The notes under the pieces were generated by a model. That model was not told where the DNA came from, ran no database searches, and saw only the letters and a list, made by a program, of their open reading frames with translations. 36,275 bases of DNA from Pseudomonadota bacterium. GTDB taxonomy: Bacteria; Desulfobacterota; Syntrophia; Syntrophales; JADFWA01. The first letter of the stretch is position 1, and each line of letters opens with the position of its first letter. The stretch lies in NCBI GenBank assembly GCA_030596145.1, contig JAUVKS010000001.1, positions 1 to 36,275 of the forward strand. Direction: 5' to 3'. Positions 7,046 to 15,346 of this stretch are shown here, piece after piece. Position numbers and translations under genes: made by a program.

Positions 7046-7819
7046 ATAAGGTATCCTTATTGAAATAACATTAAAGCCCGACTCATATGTAATATGAAAA
7101 AGAGCATCGTACTTTTTCAGGAGAAATAGCGCATATAACAATCTTTTATTTTCATTCAGATCATGAAGGGGATAGTCGGCTGAACTCCAATTTTCGATTA
7201 GTTCTTTTATTTGGATTTCGGGAATGGGAACTCCGGTATCCTCAATTTTGACATATATATGTGAATCATCATGGCCTGTAGAGATAACCAGCTCATTTAA
7301 TTCGCTGTCTTTCATGGAATTTAGCAAATGTCTGGTTATCGCCGACAGAAAAATGGAATAATCGGCTTTTACTCCTGATATTTCCGGAATTTCCCTGTCC
7401 AATATCAGTTTCTTTTTAATATTATGCTTAAACTCCGGGTAAAACTGAAGGAACGCCATTTCAGACTCTACAAGCTCGGATAAATTGATTCTTCGCAAGG
7501 CAGTGTCGCTCAGCATCTGAAATTTTCCTGTCACATCATTAAACAGGCTGAAAAATCTGTTTGCTTCCTTTGCAATCAAACCAGCATCTGAAATTATCTT
7601 TTTGCAGCCTTCCAGGATCTCGGCATCTATGTTATTGTTATTATTTATAATAAGTTTAAGGCGCTCCGCCCTCCTCTGTAAAAGCTCGGAACGACCCAAA
7701 ATCCCATTCAAGGGGCTGGCAAAGTTATGAAGAATGCCGGGGATAAGCTCCCTGAAAGTCGATTCAAATTCTTTTCCCAGTTCCTTAAAAACCTCTCTTT
7801 GTTTCTTGCTTCCATTCAT
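7037..7819 (-). CDS. Soluble histidine-kinase-like protein (H-box plus degenerate ATPase domain)
   Basis: H-box-like HNFASPLNGILGRSELL; N-box-like ITRHLLNSMKDS; G1-like IEDTGVPIP (second Gly replaced by Pro). No clear G2 (GxGLGL) box and no TM segment. Confidence 0.55.
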   Translation of the reverse strand: MNGSKKQREVFKELGKEFESTFRELIPGILHNFASPLNGILGRSELLQRRAERLKLIINNNNNIDAEILEGCKKIISDAGLIAKEANRFFSLFNDVTGKFQMLSDTALRRINLSELVESEMAFLQFYPEFKHNIKKKLILDREIPEISGVKADYSIFLSAITRHLLNSMKDSELNELVISTGHDDSHIYVKIEDTGVPIPEIQIKELIENWSSADYPLHDLNENKRLLYALFLLKKYDALFHITYESGFNVISIRIPYRD

Positions 7820-7840
7820 TTTACCCCCAATTCAGACCTT

Positions 7841-7886
7841 GTCGAGTGGTTAGTGGCTCAACGGCATTGACTCGACTACTCGACCA
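7841..7886. repeat. Family A hairpin
   Basis: gtcgagtggttagtgg ... ctcgactactcgacc. Confidence 0.85.
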
Positions 7887-7889
7887 ATA

Positions 7890-8393
7890 TTACAATAAAA
7901 CAAACTTAGTAAAATATATTTTTTTAATTATCTCATCATCCAACAAATTATTCAAGCTAATTTTAATTTCTTCTTTTAACCCCCTCCTGATTTCAGGCAA
8001 CTCCGAAGGATGAAAATCCCCCCTTACCCCCCTTTGGTAAAGGGGGGATGGGGGGATTTTTAAAAGCTCTTTCAATGTGTTATATATGATCTTTCTCAAC
8101 TCGATCCTCTTTTGCGGCAGTTTCATCCCTCGATTCAGTTCAATAACCACATCACAAATCAGAAACCTGTCCTTTTTATTATCATCTTTCAAATGAATAA
8201 TGAAGTCATTAAAATATTCAAACCTTTCTTCTGTAGAAAGAGTCTCTTGCGAACTTACTTCACAGAGCTCCTGACTCCTGACCTCCGACCCCGCCAGACT
8301 GACGGGGGGCAAGCTCTGACCTCCGATCTCTGGTCCTTGCCCCCTGACAGACCCGTTGCCTGCAAACAACGCAATGCACAGGCATACGGCCAT
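7890..8393 (-). CDS. FliL-like paralogue carrying two repeat-derived in-frame insertions
   Basis: C-terminus FLICDVVIELNRG...LKEEIKISLNNLLDDEIIKKIYFTKFVLL parallels FliL in this window (...RDEIAVRLNSYLTKGQVRRVYFTEFLIQ). Start chosen at ATG 8393 (MAVCLCIALFAG). The ORF-track start at 8447 adds an unrelated 18-aa fragment. Confidence 0.5.
   Translation of the reverse strand: MAVCLCIALFAGNGSVRGQGPEIGGQSLPPVSLAGSEVRSQELCEVSSQETLSTEERFEYFNDFIIHLKDDNKKDRFLICDVVIELNRGMKLPQKRIELRKIIYNTLKELLKIPPSPLYQRGVRGDFHPSELPEIRRGLKEEIKISLNNLLDDEIIKKIYFTKFVLL
8013..8060. repeat. 48-nt G/C-tract palindrome inserted in frame in the FliL-like CDS
   Basis: aaaatccccccttacccccctttggtaaaggggggatggggggatttt. A ~21-bp stem with one bulge; 16 codons (IPPSPLYQRGVRGDF). 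Confidence 0.9.
8280..8336. repeat. Dispersed GACCTCC/CCGCC-hairpin element inside the FliL-like CDS (copy of 26415-26500)
   Basis: gacctccgaccccgccagactgacggggggcaagctctgacctcc compared with 26415-26459: 43/45 identical. Confidence 0.9.
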
Positions 8394-8470
8394 CAAAACT
8401 CTGTATGCACAACCAATGATTTTCTCAGTCAATTCTCTGTGTTTCACTTATATGCCTTCATGAACTTATG

Positions 8471-8588
8471 AAATCCCAAATTTCAAGCATCAAATTACAA
8501 ATAAATCCCAAATTTCAATATTCAATGAAACAGGATAGTCGAGTAGGAAATTAGTCAACCACTTGACCACTCGACCATTTGACCAATT
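8471..8588. repeat. Direct 16-mer x2 (AAATCCCAAATTTCAA at 8471 and 8503) plus a family A hairpin
   Basis: Both 16-mers are perfect. gatagtcgagtagg ... ttagtcaaccacttgaccactcgaccatttgacc. Confidence 0.85.
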
Positions 8589-8602
8589 GTGAGCGAAGCG
8601 AA

Positions 8603-9325
8603 CTAAGTAATGTCATGTCTGAATTTTTTCAAGCCGACCTTTAGTCTCAGTATTGCCTGGGAGTGGATTTGACAGACTCTTGATTCCGTCAATTTCAAGG
8701 TCAGTCCTATCTCCTTTAATGTTAATTCCTCATAATAATAAAGGGACAGCACCAGTTTTTCTTTTTCAGGGAGTGAATCTATTGCATTCTTCAATATGTT
8801 TTTAAGTTCCCTGTTGGCAAGAAGGAAAAAAGGATTGTTTTGATCAATTTTTTCCAACACATCATGCCTGCCGCATTTTTCACAGTAGCTCTGGGGCAAA
8901 TCATCCTTGCTCAGGATGCGGACACTCCTTGCTTCATCAAGAAGTTTATAATAATTTTTAAGTGATATGCCAAGATAATGCGAAATCTCTTCATCAGTTG
9001 GATGACGTCCGAACTTTTTCCGCAACACCTCAAGCGCATCTTTAATCATTGTTTCTTTGTTTCTAACTGATCTTGGCGCGTCATCTCTTGATCTTAATTC
9101 ATCCAATATGGCCCCCCGGATCCTGAACTGTGCATATGTTTCAAACCGCACCTTCTTAGTTTCGTCAAATTTCTCCAGGGCCGACATCAATCCCATTATG
9201 CCGACGCTGATTAAATCATCTGTGTCCACATGATCGGGGAGTCTCAGGGCAATCCTCCCGACAATATTCTTAACGAGAGGCAAATATTTAATTATCAGTT
9301 TCTCGCGCTCTTTTTTATAAGCCAT
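8603..9325 (-). CDS. fliA: Flagellar sigma factor FliA (sigma-28)
   Basis: 240 aa. Region 2 (VGIMGLMSALEKFD...FETYAQFRIRGAILDELR) and region 4 HTH (LSLYYYEELTLKEIGLTLKLTESRVCQIHSQAILRLK). Lies downstream of flhF-flhG. Confidence 0.9.
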   Translation of the reverse strand: MAYKKEREKLIIKYLPLVKNIVGRIALRLPDHVDTDDLISVGIMGLMSALEKFDETKKVRFETYAQFRIRGAILDELRSRDDAPRSVRNKETMIKDALEVLRKKFGRHPTDEEISHYLGISLKNYYKLLDEARSVRILSKDDLPQSYCEKCGRHDVLEKIDQNNPFFLLANRELKNILKNAIDSLPEKEKLVLSLYYYEELTLKEIGLTLKLTESRVCQIHSQAILRLKVGLKKFRHDIT

Positions 9326-9338
9326 TTTTATATCAGTT

Positions 9339-9500
9339 CAGCCACAAAGGCGCTAAGACACTAAGATTCTAAAATGATTATTTATTTCTTATGCGCAGTA
9401 AAAAGCAATATCTGTAATTTTTTTGGAAATAAATTCTTTCCTTTTATATAAGGTTTTGAAAAACATTCCTTTCCTTTGTGTCTTCGTGTCTTTGTGGCTG
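9339..9500. repeat. Family F inverted repeat (CAGCCACAAAG...) bracketing an AT-rich core; flhG-fliA spacer
   Basis: Arms are cagccacaaaggcgctaagacactaagat (9339-9367) and cctttgtgtcttcgtgtctttgtggctg (9473-9500). The same termini occur at 26755/26887. Confidence 0.85.
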
Positions 9501-9502
9501 GG

Positions 9503-10387
9503 TTATTGCACATTTTTGTTGATGGTGGATCTGCCAAAGAATTTAATGGTCCCGTTTTCGTAATCTTTCGGCTGTTTCAGACACAACTTTGCGATAATTT
9601 TAGACATGCTTTTACTTGCCTTTGAATCAGAGAAAATCTCTGTTAGCAGTTTTTGTTTCCTTACTGCTTTTGAAACATTTTGATCATGAGGGATATATCC
9701 CAAATACTCGATTGGAAGACCAAGGAAATGATTCGTAGCATTGCTCAACCTCGCGTAAACCATCATGGCTTCATTCGAATCCCTTGCCATGTTGACAAGC
9801 AGCATAAAACACCTTGTTTTATAGCTTTGATAAAGTATTTTGATTAAGGCGTAAGCATCCGTCAATGACGTGGGTTCAGGTGAAACAACTACAATAATTT
9901 CTCTCGCTGCCATATTAAAATACATGACATTGTCGCTAATTCCAGCGGCTGTATCGATAAGCATAAAATCGAAGTCTTCATCCAGTCCATCCATCTCCTC
10001 CAGAAGAGTGAACTTTTGCCCTTTTGACAGATCGGCTGTCCCCTGGATTCCTGAAGATGCCGGCAAAATCTTGATGCCTCCCGGACCTTCGACAACAGCC
10101 TCAGAAAGAGTTTTTTCGCCGCTAAGGACGTGGCGCAGATTATATTTTGGAGTAATGCCAAGGATCACATCTATGTTGGCCAACCCTGTATCAGCATCGA
10201 GCAGCAAAATTCTTTTCCCCATCTTCGAAAAAATATATGCGAAGTTTGCAGTTATATTTGTTTTCCCAACCCCCCCTTTGCCGCTGGTAACAGCGATAAC
10301 ACGGGTATTGCTATTATATATTTTCCGTTCAATTGTCTGGGGCATTACATTTTCCTTCATTTCTCTCAACGCTCCTGCCTGATCCAC
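9503..10387 (-). CDS. flhG: MinD/ParA-type ATPase FlhG (FleN/YlxH)
   Basis: Deviant Walker A VTSGKGGVGKT; LLLDADTGLANIDV. Follows flhF. The annotated start is GTG; ATG alternatives at 10360 and 10345. Confidence 0.88.
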   Translation of the reverse strand: MDQAGALREMKENVMPQTIERKIYNSNTRVIAVTSGKGGVGKTNITANFAYIFSKMGKRILLLDADTGLANIDVILGITPKYNLRHVLSGEKTLSEAVVEGPGGIKILPASSGIQGTADLSKGQKFTLLEEMDGLDEDFDFMLIDTAAGISDNVMYFNMAAREIIVVVSPEPTSLTDAYALIKILYQSYKTRCFMLLVNMARDSNEAMMVYARLSNATNHFLGLPIEYLGYIPHDQNVSKAVRKQKLLTEIFSDSKASKSMSKIIAKLCLKQPKDYENGTIKFFGRSTINKNVQ

Positions 10388-10456
10388 CTAAACTACCTCC
10401 ATAGGGACAAATCCCCTTTTTCTCAGTCTCTCAACTTCTGTTCTCTGACCTTATAA

Positions 10457-10604
10457 GGATTCAGAAGATTAGAAGGTTAGAAGGTAAGAGCTCCATAACC
10501 TTCTCACCTTCTGCTCTTCTAACCTTCTGCTCTTTTAACCCTCTCAACTTCTAACCTTCTAACCTTCTAACCTTCTAACCTTCTAACCTTCTAACCTTCT
10601 AACC
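10457..10604. repeat. Family C hairpin ending in 7 perfect TTCTAACC units (10549-10604)
   Basis: The left arm ggattcagaagattagaaggttagaaggtaagag pairs with AACCTTCT-type units. The 7x perfect octamer array contains the flhF stop codon (TAG, 10591-10593). Confidence 0.95.
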
Positions 10605-11826
10605 TCCCGCCGACTATCAGCCTTGCAAGTTTTGCAGGATCCATTTTATTTAAATCATGTGGAACATTCTGACCATCGGCAATGTAGAACACCGGTTTGC
10701 CGACATGGTCAATAACATTATAAATCGAGCCGAATTTTTTTGAATCATCCAGCTTCGTAAATATAATGTTGTTATAATTTACAATACCAAATCTCGCCAC
10801 AGCATCCATCATGCTCTCCTGACTTGATGTCATGCTTAAAACAAGATTCGTTTCCAGTGGAAGACCCATCGTAAAATATTCCTTTAATTTCGATAAATAA
10901 ACTTCATCACCACGACTCTTTCCAGGCGTATCTATCAGTATGATATCTTTATCGGCAAACTTATTCAAAGCTCTCTCTAATGCCTTCTTTTCAGAAGCAA
11001 CTTCCATGGGGACATCCATGATATCCGCGTATCTTTTCAGTTGTTCCACCGCGCCTATCCGATATGTATCCATTGTTATGATACCTACATTTAATTTATC
11101 TTCGAATAAACAGCGTGCCGCCAGCTTTGCCAGGGTTGTTGTTTTCCCATCACCCGTGGGGCCCACAAAGAGAGAAATCCTCTTTTTCCCCGTATTCCCG
11201 CCAGTATTTCTATAAGAAGAAGCAATAGATCCTTTTATAATGTTCTCAACAGCAGCCAGAGTATAATGATGGTTCTCCGGATCTTCCATCGAGCTATCGT
11301 TCTTCAACTCCTCTATTAATGCGCAGGCACGTTGTTTTGATACGCCTACCGAAATCAGGTGATAATAAACCTTTGACAGAGAAGAAGAAACTCTTCCATT
11401 ATTTTGAATGCCAAGAACATCAAATAAAAGACCCATTGTCTCCTTTATCTCAGTCAGCTCGGCATAAATGCCCCCTTGCTTTTTGAAATCCATAATAAAG
11501 GACTTCAACTCATTAACATCCGATCTAATTATGGAGAATGTATCTGATTCCTCTTTTTCGCATTTTTGAAGCTCCCCGCAGCTTGCTGCGGGGAAGCTTC
11601 GACCGTAAGGAAGTTTGCTATTTTCAGATTCGCTCGTTTTTGCTCGCTTTTGCGGTTCAACTTTACTTTCTTTTAGAATTTCATAATTATCATCCCTGGC
11701 AGCAATCACCTCAATCCTGCCATTCAGCCTTCTGCTGGAAAGCACTATGGCGTCCGGGCCCATATCCGCCTTTATCTTCTGCATAGCCTCGCTTATACTC
11801 AAGGCATCATATCTTTTAATCTGCAT
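10591..11826 (-). CDS. flhF: SRP-type GTPase FlhF
   Basis: N-terminus MQIKRYDALSISEAMQKIKADMGPDAIVLS; G1 GPTGDGKTTT; DTPG. Overlaps the flhA end by 11 nt. The stop codon lies inside the TTCTAACC tandem array. Confidence 0.9.
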   Translation of the reverse strand: MQIKRYDALSISEAMQKIKADMGPDAIVLSSRRLNGRIEVIAARDDNYEILKESKVEPQKRAKTSESENSKLPYGRSFPAASCGELQKCEKEESDTFSIIRSDVNELKSFIMDFKKQGGIYAELTEIKETMGLLFDVLGIQNNGRVSSSLSKVYYHLISVGVSKQRACALIEELKNDSSMEDPENHHYTLAAVENIIKGSIASSYRNTGGNTGKKRISLFVGPTGDGKTTTLAKLAARCLFEDKLNVGIITMDTYRIGAVEQLKRYADIMDVPMEVASEKKALERALNKFADKDIILIDTPGKSRGDEVYLSKLKEYFTMGLPLETNLVLSMTSSQESMMDAVARFGIVNYNNIIFTKLDDSKKFGSIYNVIDHVGKPVFYIADGQNVPHDLNKMDPAKLARLIVGGRLEG

Positions 11827-13900
11827 CTTTTGCCGCCAGCATACCCAGAGATTTGATATTTACATCACTAATGATTTCGTTGTGGGAAAGAACAGCGATA
11901 TTGGGAAAAAACTTTTCCAGTATCTTGCTTAAATATCCCCTGATATTGGGCGAGCAGAGAATAACCGGCGGCAAGCCTTTGTCGCTAAAAATTTTGATAA
12001 ACTTCTTGAGGTTGCCTACAACCTCTTGTATCAGAGTGGGGTCAGCCGCAACAAATGATTCATATTCCGTATGCTGAACCGATTTATTAATTCTGTCCTC
12101 AATATCAGGAGAAACCATAATAACTGTTATGTTCCCATCCGCGTCCTTATATTCCTTTGTTATCATCCTGGCCAGCGCCTGTCTTACATACCCGGTTAAC
12201 GTGTCAACATTTTTTGTCAGAGGCGCATAATCGGCTAATGTTTCCAGTATCGTAAGAAGATCGCGAATAGAAATTCTCTCCTTCAAAAGCCTCTGCAGTA
12301 CTTTCTGAAGCATGCCGAGCGGAACGATATTTGGAATAAGCTCCTCTATAACTTTGGGATGGCTCACTGCCAGACTATCCAGCAAAGACTGAACATCCTG
12401 CCTGCCCAACAGTTCATCTGCATGCGTTTTTATAATTTCAGTCAAATGGGTCGTAATAACGGCTGCCGGATCAACAACAACAAAACCCTTTGCTTGAACC
12501 GATTCTTTTTCTTTTTCATCTATCCAGACCGCAGGCAGGCCGAAAGCAGGTTCCTTTGCCTCAATTCCCGTTATCTTTGCGCCTTCATTTCCAGCAGTTA
12601 TTGCCAGATAATGACCCATCTGTATTTCTCCCTTAGCTATCTCAACTCCTTTCAGTTTAACAACATATTCACCGGGCTTTACCTGCAGATTGTCTCTTAT
12701 ATGTATGGCAGGCGTGACAAAGCCCATTTCAACGGCTATCTGCCTTTTCAGCGCCTTGATTCTCTCAAGCAATTCACCGCCCTCTCCTGCATCAACGAGG
12801 GGCACCAGGCTGTATCCTATCTCAAGTTCAAGGGCATCAAGGGGCAGGAGAGCTTCTATGGGCTCCTCCACCGGTTCCGGCGGCGGCTTCTCCTCCATAT
12901 CTTCAACTTTCTGTGATGATTTAAATGTCCTGTATGCAATAATTCCCGAAATAAGAGCAATGGCTAAAAAAGATATCTTGGGCATGCCGGGAATTAAACC
13001 AAATATCAACAGGATAACTGAAGCCGCTGCAATCACCTTTGGTTTGGCAAAGAGTTGTCCTCCTACTTCCTTACCCAAATCAGATGAGCCTGTAGACCTG
13101 GAGATAAGCATGCCTGCGGCAGTTGATACAATCAGCGCCGGAATCTGCGTTACCAGCCCATCACCCACTGTAAGAAGAGTATAGACGCGAGCGGCATCCG
13201 CTACCGACATACCCTGCTGCAGCACGCCGACAATCAAACCGCCCAAAATATTTATCGTGGCAATAATAATCCCCGCGATTGCATCCCCCCTGACGAACTT
13301 GCTCGCCCCGTCCATTGCGCCGTAAAAATTTGATTCCAGCTCAATTTCACGCCGCCTTCTTCTCGCCTCTGCATCTGTAATCAGCCCTGCATTAAGATCT
13401 GCGTCGATGCTCATCTGTTTTCCGGGCATCGCATCCAGGGTGAATCTTGCCGCCACTTCGGCTATTCTTGTGGCGCCCTTGGTTATCACAATAAAATTAA
13501 TAAGGACAAGCACCAGAAATACTATAAATCCAACCACATAATTGCCGCCGACAACAAAGGAGCCGAATGCCTTGATGACCTGCCCGGCCGCCCCCGGGCC
13601 CTCATTGCCATGGAGAAGTATAAGACGCGTGGAAGCTACATTAAGGGACAAACGAAGCAAAGTTATAATTAAAAGGATGGATGGAAAAACGGAAAAATCG
13701 ATAGGTTTTTGCACATAAACTGAAACCAGCAGTATAATCAGAGAAAAACTGATACTGAAAGAAAGGAGCATATCGAGAGCAAAGGGGTGCAGAGGTATCA
13801 TCATAACCAGAAGGATACCTGCTATCCCTATGGCCATCGCGGTATTGCCGCCTTTAAACAAATCGAAAAAATTGCCGGTTTTAACGTAAGGATCAGCCAT
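11816..13900 (-). CDS. flhA: Export gate protein FlhA
   Basis: 694 aa. N-terminal polytopic TM domain, then the conserved FVRGDAIAGIIIATINILGG block and a large cytoplasmic C-terminal domain. Confidence 0.95.
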   Translation of the reverse strand: MADPYVKTGNFFDLFKGGNTAMAIGIAGILLVMMIPLHPFALDMLLSFSISFSLIILLVSVYVQKPIDFSVFPSILLIITLLRLSLNVASTRLILLHGNEGPGAAGQVIKAFGSFVVGGNYVVGFIVFLVLVLINFIVITKGATRIAEVAARFTLDAMPGKQMSIDADLNAGLITDAEARRRRREIELESNFYGAMDGASKFVRGDAIAGIIIATINILGGLIVGVLQQGMSVADAARVYTLLTVGDGLVTQIPALIVSTAAGMLISRSTGSSDLGKEVGGQLFAKPKVIAAASVILLIFGLIPGMPKISFLAIALISGIIAYRTFKSSQKVEDMEEKPPPEPVEEPIEALLPLDALELEIGYSLVPLVDAGEGGELLERIKALKRQIAVEMGFVTPAIHIRDNLQVKPGEYVVKLKGVEIAKGEIQMGHYLAITAGNEGAKITGIEAKEPAFGLPAVWIDEKEKESVQAKGFVVVDPAAVITTHLTEIIKTHADELLGRQDVQSLLDSLAVSHPKVIEELIPNIVPLGMLQKVLQRLLKERISIRDLLTILETLADYAPLTKNVDTLTGYVRQALARMITKEYKDADGNITVIMVSPDIEDRINKSVQHTEYESFVAADPTLIQEVVGNLKKFIKIFSDKGLPPVILCSPNIRGYLSKILEKFFPNIAVLSHNEIISDVNIKSLGMLAAKDAD

Positions 13901-14140
13901 TGCTCGTTACTCGTTGCTGGTTACTGGTTGCTCGTTACTGGTTGCGAATTACTCGTTGCTGGTTGCTCGTTGCTCGTTCCGAAAAGGAAATAGGAAAGAG
14001 TTAAGAGAAAAGGGTGTTACTCTATTCTCTAATCCTCTGACCTTTTAATCTTCTGACCTTCTAACCTTCTAACCTCCGACCTCCGACCTCCGACCTCCTT
14101 ACTCGACCACTTGACTATTTCCCCACTCGACCATTCCCCT
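13901..14140. repeat. Composite spacer: family D heptamers, element J, family C (incl. GACCTCC x3), family A
   Basis: tgctcgttactcgttgctggttactggttgctcgttactggttgc..., then the J element, then ctgaccttctaaccttctaacctccgacctccgacctccgacctcc, then ttactcgaccacttgactatttccccactcgacc. Confidence 0.95.
13972..14030. repeat. Dispersed element J, copy 1 (59 nt, 57/59 identical to 29491-29549), upstream of flhA
   Basis: gctcgttccgaaaaggaaataggaaagagttaagagaaaagggtgttactctattctct. Confidence 0.95.
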
Positions 14141-15191
14141 TGCTGTAAACGAATGCCAGTACTTCAGCAACCGCCCTGTACAAATTTTCCGGTATCATCT
14201 CATCCACATCCACATTCTTATACAATACTCGTGCCAGCGGCTTGTTGTTAACGATGGGCACATCGTTTTTCCTTGCAATATCTTTTATATTCTCAGCTAT
14301 GAAACCAGCCCCTTTAGCAACCACCTTCGGCGCAGATGTGCTTGTCTGATCATAGCGAAGCGCCACGGCAAGATGGGTGGGGTTGGTTATAACCACATCC
14401 GCTTCCGGAACGCTTGCCATCATTCTCTTTCTGGCCATATCTCTCTGGAGATGTTTTATCCTTGCCTTTACAAGAGGATCTCCTTCTGTCTGTTTGGATT
14501 CGTCCTTCACCTCCTGCTTTGACATTTTAAGATTTTTTTCAAATTCCCACTTCTGATAAATATAATCGAAAACTGCAAGGATTATAAGCGCCAAACAAAC
14601 TCTGAGAATAATCTTGAATGCAACCCCTCCAATGCAAATCAATATTCCCCATACACTCTGGTCCATCAGCGGAATAAAATTCTCTATTTCCCCCTTGATA
14701 GTTATATAAACAACGAAACCGATTAGCGAAATCTTAAATATATTCTTTGCCAGTTCCACAAGGCCTCTGATGGAAAACAGCTTCTGAAATCCCTTGATCG
14801 GATCAATCTTTGAGAATTTCGGCTGCACCGATTCTGAGGAAAGCACAAAACCAATCTGAACGTAATTGGCAAGCAAAGCCATGAAAAAAGCAGACAAAAA
14901 AAGAGGCAAAAGCATGGCGAAAATCTTATACACAATGCCGCTTGAAAGACTCTGGATATTATTGTAATCAACATTGAATTGGCCGGACTGGGTGAGCGAC
15001 CACCTTGTAAGAGCCATCATCCTTTCGACTATAGCGTAAGAACCAAACCAGAAGCATGCCAGACAGGCTAACAAAACCGCCACAGATGCAACTTCCCTGC
15101 TTTTTGCAACCTGACCCTTCTTCCTCGCCTTTTCCCGCTTCTTAGGAGTAGCTCGCTCGGTCTTTTCCTGATCTTTATTTTCTTCAGCCAT
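14115..15191 (-). CDS. flhB: Export switch protein FlhB
   Basis: 358 aa. N-terminus EKTERATPKKREKARKKGQVAKSREV, four TM segments, NPTH autocleavage motif (VVITNPTHLAVALRYD). The last codons and the stop lie in a family-A repeat. Confidence 0.95.
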   Translation of the reverse strand: MAEENKDQEKTERATPKKREKARKKGQVAKSREVASVAVLLACLACFWFGSYAIVERMMALTRWSLTQSGQFNVDYNNIQSLSSGIVYKIFAMLLPLFLSAFFMALLANYVQIGFVLSSESVQPKFSKIDPIKGFQKLFSIRGLVELAKNIFKISLIGFVVYITIKGEIENFIPLMDQSVWGILICIGGVAFKIILRVCLALIILAVFDYIYQKWEFEKNLKMSKQEVKDESKQTEGDPLVKARIKHLQRDMARKRMMASVPEADVVITNPTHLAVALRYDQTSTSAPKVVAKGAGFIAENIKDIARKNDVPIVNNKPLARVLYKNVDVDEMIPENLYRAVAEVLAFVYSKGNGRVGK

Positions 15192-15203
15192 ATTTCATAA
15201 AAG

Positions 15204-15325
15204 CTCAAGGTTCACGGTTCAAGGTTCACGGTTCAACGGTTCAACGGTTACTGGTTCTCTAATCTTCTAACCTTCTAATCTTCTAACCTTCTCACCTTCT
15301 TACCTTCACTACTCGACCATTCCCT
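15204..15325. repeat. Composite spacer with B, D-fragment, C, A module order (fliR-flhB)
   Basis: ctcaaggttcacggttcaaggttcacggttcaacggttcaacggttactggttctctaatcttctaaccttctaatcttctaaccttctcaccttcttaccttcactactcgaccattccc. Confidence 0.95.
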
Positions 15326-15346
15326 GACACCTGCGTCAAAAAACCA

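Noticed and set aside
9339-9500. Inverted-repeat-bracketed segments (9339-9500, 26755-26887, 4650-4910) as IS elements or transposons
   Set aside because: There is no transposase or other coding capacity inside. At most they are non-autonomous MITE/REP-like elements, so they are reported as repeats rather than mobile elements.
10457-10604. Possibility that the repeat arrays are CRISPR arrays
   Set aside because: Units are 7-8 nt and directly abutting, with no unique ~30-nt spacers. No cas genes are present. The arrays sit between co-transcribed genes.
12359-13184. Plus-strand ORFs of 164-185 aa (also 9870-10382, 1157-1549, 22091-22489, 30316-31089 and others) antisense to flagellar genes
   Set aside because: Each lies entirely inside a strongly supported minus-strand flagellar gene. 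The translations are low-complexity with no recognisable motifs. They are typical shadow ORFs on the antisense strand of real genes.
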